NCBI GenBank assembly: GCA_963831895.1
Contig: CAWHSD010000016.1
Location: 62,638-126,637, forward strand
Origin: Candidatus Bathyarchaeota archaeon
GTDB lineage: Archaea > Thermoproteota > Bathyarchaeia > Bathyarchaeales > Bathycorpusculaceae
Length of the DNA: 64,000 bases
Direction: 5' to 3'
Below the pieces are notes generated by a model. That model ran no database searches, was not told the origin of the DNA, and saw nothing but the letters and a program-made list of their open reading frames with translations. This document shows, one piece after another, positions 9,598 through 18,427 of this stretch; within the stretch, counting starts at the first letter, position 1, and every line of letters starts with the position of its first letter. The position numbers were made by a program, and so were the translations under genes.

Positions 9598-11826
9598 ATG
9601 CCTTCTCGATCAGCGGTAGTTAAACTTAAAGCAATTTTAATAATTGACTTAATGATTGTAGGCGTAGCCGCAGGAGTTTATTTTTATTTTCAAAATCAAG
9701 GGGTCATAACAGGCGCAGTTAAACCAGCCGCGTTTACTCTAACAGATTTAACCATCAATCCGCTTGAAGCATTCACAGGTGATGCAGTTCAAATTTCAGT
9801 TAATTTAACAAACATCGGCGATTTGGAAGGCAACCAAACGGTAAATCTTGAAATTAATAATGTCATCAAAGACACAACCAATGTTACCCTTGCAGCTAAT
9901 TCAACTGAAGTCGTGGAGTTTACTTATATTGAAACTGTTGAGGGAAATTACACTGTTAAAGTTGGCGATTTAACAGCTTTTTTGATCATTAAACTTGCTC
10001 CTCCAGAATCAAGCAAAATTTTATTGTCTAATCTCATAAGTAATCCGTATGAAGTTTGGGCTAATGAAAACGTCACTATCACTGCAAATGCTGTTAACCC
10101 TTCAGGTCAAATAGACAAGCTAACTGTGAAAATTATGATCGATGATACAGTTGTTGGCACACAAGTTATTACTCTAGAAGCAGGAGCAAATCAAATCGTT
10201 CAATTTACTGTTAACGCATCTTCAGCCGCAGAAGGTAAACACATAGTTAATCTTAACACACTAAAGGGCTCCTTTTTCGTCGTGAAGACAGGTTACCATA
10301 CACTTATTATTAATCGTTCAGGAGGTGGTTCTACTCCTCTTCCGTTTACGTTAAATGGAGAAAATCAAAAGACCGTTTACCAAGCGGTGTTACCAATTGG
10401 AGAATATAGCATTTCTGTTCCGGACCCATTCAGTGTTGGGACAGGAGTGTTGGGATTTACGTATTGGAGCGATGGCGTGAAAACTCCATCAAGAACGTTC
10501 ACATTAAACGAGCGCCTGATATTAGTTGTCACTTACACCTTAATCAGTGGGTATGCATCTTGTCCCTCTCTTTATATATGGAATGGAACTGGATATTCGT
10601 ACGTTACTGACGTTTCAAACCCAGGTTGGCTAGGATATATCAGCCACATTGACTCCGATGGAACAATAGTTTTTGGTGGCGGAAACCCATGGGACTATGT
10701 AAAACTAGATAAAAATCTACTTACAACTAAAAACGGTTATTATGATGTTGCTCTCGCTCAACAATGGGATGAACTCTTCTATCTAGATTCAACCTATATG
10801 TTAGTTGTCGACCACCCTATTGGAACAGATGTTTACACATCGATGACTAACTACCTCAACAAAGGGTCAACAGGTCAAATTTATACTGTAACTAATGGTA
10901 CATTCCTTTCGCCTGTTAACGCCTTCAACGAACAAGGTAAAAATGTTTTATCTCAAATCCTTCAGAAAGATGGAGTATATACCCCAGGCATCAATGGAGA
11001 CCAAAGTTCATCTTGGAGCAATATTACCATGAACCAATTGACTTTAGATTTAGGTAATTTGTCCGCTGCACAGGAGTTAAAGCTTGTAATTACGGGAATG
11101 GTAGATTGGGGTCCAGCAGATCCATATTACGCTTGGGTACAAAGCTTCAAAGATGCGGCAGCTCAAGGACTTGTACAAGACGGAACTGAAATAATGCCTG
11201 CTCCTTTCATGGAAGTTAAAGATTTGAATGGCAACTGGATACGTGTTTCACAAGATAAACAAATTCCAATACCATCAGATTACAATGCTAGAACCTTCAC
11301 AGTAGACTTAACAGGTCTGTTTCCCGCAAATGCAAATGATTATCAAGTTAGATTCACAAATTTCTGGAACGTTACTTACGATTATATTGGAATCGACACA
11401 ACCCAACAACAAAACATAACAATACAGAAACTTGCACCTTCTTCAGCAACCCTTAGTCAAATGTGGGACACTCAATCCAACGCTACAGGAGAATTTACCC
11501 GATACGGGGATGTAACGCCTCTGATGCAAAATGCCGACGATATGTATGTAATAGGTAGACAAGGCGACCAAGTTAATATTCAATTTTCAACCTCTGACCT
11601 CGCACCGGTTGCACAGGGATTAGAACGTGACTACTTCTTTGTCGTAGCCTGCTGGTTTAAAGATCCATTGGGAAATTGGGGTTACGGATTTGATTTCACC
11701 GTAAATCCAATGCCATTTATGAATATGAGCGGATTCCCGTATACAAACTCAGAAAGCTACCCATATGATACAGCACACCTAGCGTATATCCAAGAGTACA
11801 ACACACGAGTAATAACTATGCCATAA
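9598..11826 (+). CDS. Large N-terminally anchored extracellular protein: CARDB/Ig-like repeats plus a C-terminal domain starting SCPSLYIWNG
   Basis: N-terminal TM; 'VNLTNIGDLEGNQTVNL' CARDB-like repeats; TRYGDVTPL, DDMYVI, WFKD and PMPFxxMSGFPY motifs; many N-x-S/T sequons. Confidence 0.75.
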   Translation: MPSRSAVVKLKAILIIDLMIVGVAAGVYFYFQNQGVITGAVKPAAFTLTDLTINPLEAFTGDAVQISVNLTNIGDLEGNQTVNLEINNVIKDTTNVTLAANSTEVVEFTYIETVEGNYTVKVGDLTAFLIIKLAPPESSKILLSNLISNPYEVWANENVTITANAVNPSGQIDKLTVKIMIDDTVVGTQVITLEAGANQIVQFTVNASSAAEGKHIVNLNTLKGSFFVVKTGYHTLIINRSGGGSTPLPFTLNGENQKTVYQAVLPIGEYSISVPDPFSVGTGVLGFTYWSDGVKTPSRTFTLNERLILVVTYTLISGYASCPSLYIWNGTGYSYVTDVSNPGWLGYISHIDSDGTIVFGGGNPWDYVKLDKNLLTTKNGYYDVALAQQWDELFYLDSTYMLVVDHPIGTDVYTSMTNYLNKGSTGQIYTVTNGTFLSPVNAFNEQGKNVLSQILQKDGVYTPGINGDQSSSWSNITMNQLTLDLGNLSAAQELKLVITGMVDWGPADPYYAWVQSFKDAAAQGLVQDGTEIMPAPFMEVKDLNGNWIRVSQDKQIPIPSDYNARTFTVDLTGLFPANANDYQVRFTNFWNVTYDYIGIDTTQQQNITIQKLAPSSATLSQMWDTQSNATGEFTRYGDVTPLMQNADDMYVIGRQGDQVNIQFSTSDLAPVAQGLERDYFFVVACWFKDPLGNWGYGFDFTVNPMPFMNMSGFPYTNSESYPYDTAHLAYIQEYNTRVITMP

Positions 11827-11947
11827 CCCCAAATTTCTTAAGAGTCTGATAAAAAAACCTTTAAAAATTGCTCAAGCAAAAATTGTGTAAGATTTAAATG
11901 GAATAATATTGTTATTTGCTCTATAAACCTTCCACGAGACCTCATGC

Positions 11948-12650
11948 ATGTCGTTAATCCCTGAAATCCCCAATCCATATCTTGGAGCGTTTGCAGGCGG
12001 CTTGCTGTATGGATTTGCAGTTTGCACGGCATCATGTCTTCCTGTTGTTACAAGTTATATTGCAGGGGTCGGCGCTGGTTTCAGAAAGAGGTGTCAAACT
12101 GACGTTGATTTTCAATTCTGGAAGAGTTTTGGCCTATGCGTTGATTGGTGGTCTTATAGGGTTGTTCAGCGGTTTGTTTAGGCTATTTATTTCTGAAGCA
12201 ACCATTGCACCATTTCAAATTTACTCATCGCTTGCATTCGGAATAGTGACAATAGTTATAGGAATTAGCATTTTTCTTAAAGCCAGAAAACCCTGCGACT
12301 GCAAAACCCAAGACACAAAAAACATGGTTACTGCACACAAAATAGGCAGATTCGGTTTTGATGTTGGTGCTTTCTCACTTGGTTTAACCAGAGGATTAAT
12401 CGTGTGTCCACCATTAATTGCACTTTTGATTTATTCATTGCCTTTCGCTAATCCGCTTGGCAGCGTTGGAATAGCTGTGCTATTCGGGTTAGGAACAGCG
12501 CTCTCACCAATTCTATTATTGGGCGGAGTCACAGGATGGCTTTTGAATAAAGCGCCACTTTTTCGGAAATGGATTTCGATAGCAGGTGGATCCGCACTTA
12601 TTGTTCTTGGAATAATCACGATGGTGAGTTCATTAACTCAAATACCTTGA
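11948..12650 (+). CDS. DsbD_2 / TauE-SafE-like membrane protein with Cys motifs; +1 frameshift near 12088
   Basis: CTASC in ORF 11948, FNSGRVLAY and VCPP in ORF 11982; removing one base gives GFRK-GVKLTL. Confidence 0.8.
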
Positions 12651-12660
12651 CGTGTAAAAT

Positions 12661-13668
12661 ATGGCTGGAGAAATAATTGGAGACCTATTGCGGCTAACAG
12701 TGCTCGGGGGATTAGGAGTAGCTGGGGTACTCACCGTTTTAATTTGGAAGAAGAATATGGCCACACGGGTAACTTTTCTGAGGTTTGTTGTCCAAGCCAT
12801 TGCCGTTGCCGCTATATTCTACGTCCTTTCTTATACAATTCCGCCTATAACCGGAGGATTACCATCGATTCAGTTTGTCTATGTGTTAATTATTATTTTA
12901 TCGATGACCATTTTTTTAGGCAGGTTTTTCTGCGGCTGGCTATGCCCCTTCGCATTCATAATGGACTTGGAAAGCCTCCTTAGAAAAGCCTTAAAAATAC
13001 GTCACCGAATCATACCCGACAAACTAAACAAGATCCTCCACCAATCACGATATGTCATATTGATGTTTTTTTTGTTGTTGCCGATAGTTTTGTGGCTTTT
13101 AGATCCCCAGCCGATCATGGTTTCACCTTTAATGGCTCAACTCTTGGCAGGTCATTTCCGCCCTTACAGCATACTACTTGACCCGCTAATTCCTTTTATA
13201 GTGCCTTGGAAAGGACAGGTTATCTTGGGCCAAGTAAACCTGACATATCCTTATGCTCTGGATTTCATCACCTATTTAGGCACAAACATCGGACAGGTCG
13301 TAGCAATTATCTTTGTTGGATTGACGTTGATAGGTTCATTTCTAATTAGGCGTGTCTGGTGCCGTTTCTGCCCGACCGGCGTATCGTTGGGAGTTGTGAA
13401 CAGGTTTAAGGGGTTAAAATGGGCTCCCCTGCTTCACATCGAAAAAGATGAGGAAAAATGCACTAAATGCGGAGTCTGCAAAAGAGTCTGCCCCGTACAA
13501 GTTAACGAAGTGTATGAGCAGAAGGGCGGAAAAATACAGACCTCCCAATGCATGGTCTGCGCACGCTGCGTGGAAATGTGTCCATATGAAGGAACCTTAA
13601 AGGTTAAGATGGGTAACAAGACATTGTTTAAGTCAAGAAACTGGTTGAAACAAACAACGAGTAAGTGA
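12661..13668 (+). CDS. NapH/MauN-like membrane-bound polyferredoxin
   Basis: GRFFCGWLCP and RVWCRFCP motifs plus two CxxCxxCxxxCP; 4-5 TM. Confidence 0.9.
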   Translation: MAGEIIGDLLRLTVLGGLGVAGVLTVLIWKKNMATRVTFLRFVVQAIAVAAIFYVLSYTIPPITGGLPSIQFVYVLIIILSMTIFLGRFFCGWLCPFAFIMDLESLLRKALKIRHRIIPDKLNKILHQSRYVILMFFLLLPIVLWLLDPQPIMVSPLMAQLLAGHFRPYSILLDPLIPFIVPWKGQVILGQVNLTYPYALDFITYLGTNIGQVVAIIFVGLTLIGSFLIRRVWCRFCPTGVSLGVVNRFKGLKWAPLLHIEKDEEKCTKCGVCKRVCPVQVNEVYEQKGGKIQTSQCMVCARCVEMCPYEGTLKVKMGNKTLFKSRNWLKQTTSK

Positions 13669-15008
13669 GGAACATAGAAATGAATGAAACTGTTGGAAAA
13701 AAATACATGCCTGAAGTAACAAGAAAAGAAATCGATGAACTCAAAACCACAATGAAAGCTGCTTCGCAAAAGGTAATGGCTGAAAACATTGAACGCATGA
13801 AAAAAGCTGACCCCAAAAGACCCGAAACTATGAAATATTTTGATGAAATCTCAAACTTGTTTGGCAAACGACAAGAGGAGATTCAGGCTGAGAAAGAAAA
13901 GGGCAAGAAAGTTATCGGTTACATGTGTCTGTTTGCTCCAACAGAGTTAATTTTAGCATCCGGCGCCATTCCAGTCAGGGTAAACTCAGGCTGGTATGAC
14001 ACTTCTAAGTTAGGAGACAGAGTTGTACCCGTTGAGGTTTGCCCAGTCATCCGTTCAACAATCGGTGCAAAAATGATAGAGCTCTCGCCTTTCCTTGAAC
14101 AAAGCGATGCACTTATTAGTGTTCTTACTTGTGACGGCATGACCAAACTCGGCGAAATTTTAAGCGATTACAAAACCATTTGGGGAATGAACGTACCTCG
14201 AATTAAAGATTCAACTCAGTCACTTCGCTTCTGGAATGACGAAATAAAACAGATGAAAACTCGAATCGAACAGTTTACAGGAAATAAGATTACACGTAAA
14301 AATCTAAAAGAAGCCATCGAAATAAGCCACAGAGCAACAAAAGCGTTCCGCCGCTTGCAAGAATTACGAAAAGGGCCACCTGTAATTATGGGCAGAGATG
14401 CAATGTTGGTTAATCAAACGTTTTTATGGGATGATAAAAAGAGGTGGACAGAAAAAACCGAGGCTTTATGCGATGAATTAGACAAAAGAGTACAACGAAA
14501 AGATTGGGTTTGCGCCCCTGACACACCAAGAGTAATGATTACGGGCACACCTATGTTTTGGCCTGACAACTGGAAACTGCCAAGTCTAGTTGAGGAATCA
14601 AATCCGCAAGGCATTATTGTTGCCGATGAACTATGTTCAGGCGAAAGAATCCTAAACGACCCTGTTGGCGTCGATGAATGGTCAATGGATGACATGCTAA
14701 ACGCAATCGGAGAACGGTATTTGATGGCATCTACCTGTCCATGCTTCACTAGTAAAGATGGTAATGAAGATAGAATCAATTGGCTCTTAAATAAAGTTAA
14801 AGAATGGAATGTTCAAGGAGTGATTTACTATGTGGTTCGCGGTTGCATGCTCTACGCTATGGAATACACACGCGTCAAGAAGGCTCTAGACAAAATAAAT
14901 ATCCCAGTCTACTACCTTGACACCGAATATACCCGAGAAGATGTTGGACAAATGAAAACCCGCGTTGAAGCATTTCTTGAAATGTTAACAGCAAGAGTAG
15001 AAATGTAA
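13665..15008 (+). CDS. 2-hydroxyacyl-CoA dehydratase superfamily protein, probable double-cubane-cluster anaerobic reductase
   Basis: KKVIGYMC..PTELILASG, VCPVIRS, TCDG, ELCSG, TCPC, RGCML, TRVEAFLEM; Cys sets in both halves. Confidence 0.8.
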   Translation: MRNIEMNETVGKKYMPEVTRKEIDELKTTMKAASQKVMAENIERMKKADPKRPETMKYFDEISNLFGKRQEEIQAEKEKGKKVIGYMCLFAPTELILASGAIPVRVNSGWYDTSKLGDRVVPVEVCPVIRSTIGAKMIELSPFLEQSDALISVLTCDGMTKLGEILSDYKTIWGMNVPRIKDSTQSLRFWNDEIKQMKTRIEQFTGNKITRKNLKEAIEISHRATKAFRRLQELRKGPPVIMGRDAMLVNQTFLWDDKKRWTEKTEALCDELDKRVQRKDWVCAPDTPRVMITGTPMFWPDNWKLPSLVEESNPQGIIVADELCSGERILNDPVGVDEWSMDDMLNAIGERYLMASTCPCFTSKDGNEDRINWLLNKVKEWNVQGVIYYVVRGCMLYAMEYTRVKKALDKINIPVYYLDTEYTREDVGQMKTRVEAFLEMLTARVEM

Positions 15009-15017
15009 GGTGTACCT

Positions 15018-15803
15018 ATGATAACTATTGGAATAGACCTTGGAACCCAAAGAGTACAAGTAGTTGTCCTAAAAGACGGCAATGTTGCCTCTAGAGCACA
15101 AGCATTATCGGGTTTCGACCCAACCAAAGCCGCTGAACAAGCAATAGACGAAGCACTCAAGAAAGCAAATTTTAAACTTCTAGATGTAGCAAGTTTTGCG
15201 GCTACTGGTTCAGCTGTGGATATGGCTCCTTACGCCGCTAGCACTGTAAGTATGATGAGCGCAGACGCAAAAGCAGGAGTATTTCTATTTCCTAAAGCTC
15301 GCACAATTATCGATGTCGGCGCAGAAGAAGCAAGAGCTGTAAAATGTGACGAGAGGGGCATTATGGTTGATTTTGTCGTCAACGAACGATGCGCCGCGGG
15401 AGCAGGAGCATTCATCGAAGCGATGGCAAGAGCATTAGAAGTGAAATTGGAAGACATGGGTCCGCTGGCACTTAAGGCGGAACGGGCAAGCCCCATTAAT
15501 GCTTCGTGTGTAATTTTTGGGGAATCAGACGTGGTTTCTCTCATACATCGGCAAGAATCCAAACCCGAAATTGCTCGTGCAGTCTACGATGCAATGGCTG
15601 ATCGAATTTCATCTATGGTTCATAGATTAGGATTAAACCCTGACATTATTTTAGTCGGTGGCGTCGCAAAAGATGTAGGTTTTGTTGCGTCTTTGAATCG
15701 AAAACTAGGCGTTACAGTAATGATCCCTGATTACCCCGAATATGCAGGAGCTTTGGGTGCGGCAATTATTGCAGCAACACGTACAAAAGAGGGCCAAAAA
15801 TGA
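15018..15803 (+). CDS. ATP-dependent electron activase subunit (ASKHA; BzdP/BcrD-like)
   Basis: GIDLG, IDVGAEE, NERCAAGAG, NASCVIFGESDVVS. Confidence 0.88.
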   Translation: MITIGIDLGTQRVQVVVLKDGNVASRAQALSGFDPTKAAEQAIDEALKKANFKLLDVASFAATGSAVDMAPYAASTVSMMSADAKAGVFLFPKARTIIDVGAEEARAVKCDERGIMVDFVVNERCAAGAGAFIEAMARALEVKLEDMGPLALKAERASPINASCVIFGESDVVSLIHRQESKPEIARAVYDAMADRISSMVHRLGLNPDIILVGGVAKDVGFVASLNRKLGVTVMIPDYPEYAGALGAAIIAATRTKEGQK

Positions 15804-16711
15804 AAGAAATGGGCGTAACAAAAGAAGCAGAGTTTTGGCGCTGGCAAGAATATCACCGTATCTTGCCAAACAAAAAATGGACAAGTAAAGATCTGATAAC
15901 CGCTGGAGTTGACGTTGGGTCAGTAGGTTCTAAAGCAGCCATCATGATAAACGGCGAAGCATATTCATGGGGAATAACTCGCACAGGATCTAACAGTCCT
16001 GAAAGCGCTACAAAAGCTCTCGAATACGCACTCGAAGGCACAGGAATCAAAGCAAGTGACATAAAATACATTGTAGGTACAGGTTACGGACGAGTCAACG
16101 TACCCATGGCAAATAAAGCAATAACCGAAATTGCCTGCCATGCCAAAGGTGCAAATTTTATTTGGGGACCAAGCGTTCGGACAGTTTTGGATGTTGGTGG
16201 ACAGGACATAAAAGCAATTCGCATAGATGAAACGGGGCGAGTAGTGTCTTTTCTAATGAACGATAAATGCGCTGCTGGGACAGGAAGAGGCATGGAAGTA
16301 TTCGCAGATTTGCTTCAGATTCCAATTGAAGAAATAGGTGACATTTCACTTAAAGTTGAAAAAGAACCTGAGCCGGTGAGCTGCACTTGTGTTGCCTTCG
16401 CTAAAACAGAAGCAATGGGATTACTTCGCAAAGGCTGGTCTAAAGAAAAAGTACTTGCGGCTTACACACGAGCTATGGCGGTTCGAATGGCTAACTTAAT
16501 TAACAGAGTTGGCTTGGAGAAAGAACTTGTTGTTACTGGCGGCCAATCAAAAAACATTGGTATTGTCAGCAGAATAGAAGTTATACTTGGAGTGAAATGT
16601 CTTCCAACCCCAAAATGGCGAGATGAAGGAGCCTTAGATCCAATGGTTGCCGGCGCATTAGGTGCTGCCATTTTTGCCAAATCGCTCTACGAAAAGTCCC
16701 AAAAATCGTAG
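15800..16711 (+). CDS. ATP-dependent electron activase subunit (BzdQ/BcrA-like)
   Basis: EFWRW N-terminal extension, AGVDVGS, TGYGRVNVP, ITEIACHA, DVGGQD, MNDKCAAGTGRGMEV. Confidence 0.88.
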   Translation: MKEMGVTKEAEFWRWQEYHRILPNKKWTSKDLITAGVDVGSVGSKAAIMINGEAYSWGITRTGSNSPESATKALEYALEGTGIKASDIKYIVGTGYGRVNVPMANKAITEIACHAKGANFIWGPSVRTVLDVGGQDIKAIRIDETGRVVSFLMNDKCAAGTGRGMEVFADLLQIPIEEIGDISLKVEKEPEPVSCTCVAFAKTEAMGLLRKGWSKEKVLAAYTRAMAVRMANLINRVGLEKELVVTGGQSKNIGIVSRIEVILGVKCLPTPKWRDEGALDPMVAGALGAAIFAKSLYEKSQKS

Positions 16712-16719
16712 GTGATTAG

Positions 16720-17007
16720 TTGATCACCTATTTTGGTTATTGTGACGGTTCAGGCGAATATTACATCATTATCGATTCAGACAAATGTAGCGGCTGTGGA
16801 AAATGCATTAAAAAATGTCCTCAATCAGCACTTAAACTTGAAACAGAGTTTGTTGACCTCGAAGATAAAACCGTGGCAGCAGTTAAAGAAGAGCATAGAA
16901 AAAAAATAAAGTACACTTGTGCTTCTTGCAATCCAGAAAAAGACAGCACCCCTTGCATTTTAGCTTGTGAAACAAAAGCCGTAAAATGTGTCTGGAACCC
17001 ACATTGA
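16720..17007 (+). CDS. 2[4Fe-4S] ferredoxin (Alvin-type insertion)
   Basis: CSGCGKCIKKCP and CASC-x8-CILAC; GYxDGSGEYYI N-terminus. Confidence 0.85.
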   Translation: MITYFGYCDGSGEYYIIIDSDKCSGCGKCIKKCPQSALKLETEFVDLEDKTVAAVKEEHRKKIKYTCASCNPEKDSTPCILACETKAVKCVWNPH

Positions 17008-17142
17008 ATCAAACAACCTCGAATTATACATCAATTTATTAATTAAAAAAACCCCCATAAATGGAGAAGCAAAAAAAAATTACAGAGAAAATTTTAAAAA
17101 ATATGACACATATGATTGATTTTAAGTATCCAATTTGGAGTT

Positions 17143-17292
17143 GTATTTGTCTGTGATAGAAGAAGAAGTTCTGTTGCTGCACCAAAAGATGTGTAAGTTT
17201 GTTTTGAGTTGCTTTTTTGTGTTTAGGCTTTTGGAAGGCTTCAGGATGCGTCTTTACCCGTCTTGGTACGTCTTGGAAAGTCTCGGAAAGTC
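17143..17292 (+). repeat. Dispersed degenerate non-coding element, copy 1, with 10-bp phased repeats
   Basis: Shares GTATTTGT, AGAAGAA, AGTTGCTTTTT and CTTCAGG(A/T)TGCGTCT blocks in order with 37456-37592. Confidence 0.6.
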
Positions 17293-17302
17293 GGTGTGTT
17301 TA

Positions 17303-17482
17303 ATGCCGTTGTATGAGAAAGTAAACTTTATTGCTAATTTACAGAAGGAAAATCGCTTCCAAGTCCCCAAATATGTGCGTTGGAAATACAAACTCGAATC
17401 TGATCAAACCCTAAAAGTAACCGTCAGCGTCAATTGGATTATGGTCAATCATACATGTGATAGAGAAAGTATAAGAATATGA
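17303..17482 (+). pseudogene. Truncated AbrB/MazE-like DNA-binding protein
   Basis: MPLYEKVNFIANLQKENRFQVPKYVRWKYKLESDQTLKVTV; swapped-hairpin pattern that degenerates after ~45 aa. Confidence 0.5.
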
Positions 17483-17503
17483 CACATGTCATAATGTAGT
17501 ATT

Positions 17504-18316
17504 GTGGGGAAAATAAAAACGAAAAATAAAAACATCGCAATATCTCTATTACTAATACTTATTTTATTTCCATTTTTCATTCCACCATTAGCTTCCGCTT
17601 CATCCAACAATCAATGGAACTTACACATAACAAGCCTAAATGGAACAACAATTAATTTGAGTTATGAAGATCTTTTGGCATTGCCTAAGACCACTGTTAG
17701 TGCAGACCTCTCATGCTATGGCAACCTCGTTTCTAGCGGGGCATGGGGAGGGGTTAGATTATCTGACCTGTTAAATATAGCAGTGATTGACCCATCCGTT
17801 GTAGGCATAGAGTTAACTGCTCAAGACGGATATTTAGTCAGCATACCAATCAACACAGCAATGAGCCCAGACGTTATTGTTGCTTATGACTTAGATGGCT
17901 CACAGCTAAACGAAGTTCTTCGTTTAGTAGTTCCTGATGCAAATGGCAACATTTGGATAGCTGGCATAACTTCAATAGAGATGAGTGCATCTTCGGTTGA
18001 TCAAAGCCAGTCAGGAACTAGTGGACAAAACATAGCAAATCAATACCAAACTATAGTTAATACAACAACACAAGCTCCACCGCAACTACAAACTCCGGTT
18101 GAAATCCAATCAATCGTTCCAAGTAACGAGACAACCAATGAGTCTATTACGCCACCGACGATTGTTACTCTCCCACAATCTGAGCAGAAAATAACAGGAC
18201 AAATGGATTCAATTTCCCCATTTGAGTTCGTTTTGATTTTTCTTGGAGCAGCTGTTTTAGTTGTTGTGGTAGGTTTTGTCTTTTATAGTCGAAAAAGACG
18301 TTATCAGCTAATATAA
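17504..18316 (+). CDS. Exported, C-terminally anchored molybdopterin-binding-domain protein (sulfite oxidase/MsrP-like)
   Basis: Signal peptide; LSYEDLLALP, LSCYG, WGGVRLSDLL, AQDGY, LRLVVP; S/T/Q/P linker; TM + RKRR. Confidence 0.8.
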   Translation: MGKIKTKNKNIAISLLLILILFPFFIPPLASASSNNQWNLHITSLNGTTINLSYEDLLALPKTTVSADLSCYGNLVSSGAWGGVRLSDLLNIAVIDPSVVGIELTAQDGYLVSIPINTAMSPDVIVAYDLDGSQLNEVLRLVVPDANGNIWIAGITSIEMSASSVDQSQSGTSGQNIANQYQTIVNTTTQAPPQLQTPVEIQSIVPSNETTNESITPPTIVTLPQSEQKITGQMDSISPFEFVLIFLGAAVLVVVVGFVFYSRKRRYQLI

Positions 18317-18427
18317 AGTATTGATAATCAATATACTTATACTGTCACTATGATATTACTTCATAATTCGTTAGATTTATTTATTGAAACCGTCAATTGA
18401 CTGTCAGATGGTGTGGAGTAGAAGTAA

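Noticed and set aside
13665-16711. Canonical four-subunit benzoyl-CoA reductase or 2-hydroxyacyl-CoA dehydratase
   Set aside because: Only one reductase-type subunit, with Cys sets in both halves; no CoA ligase/transferase or ring-cleavage genes nearby
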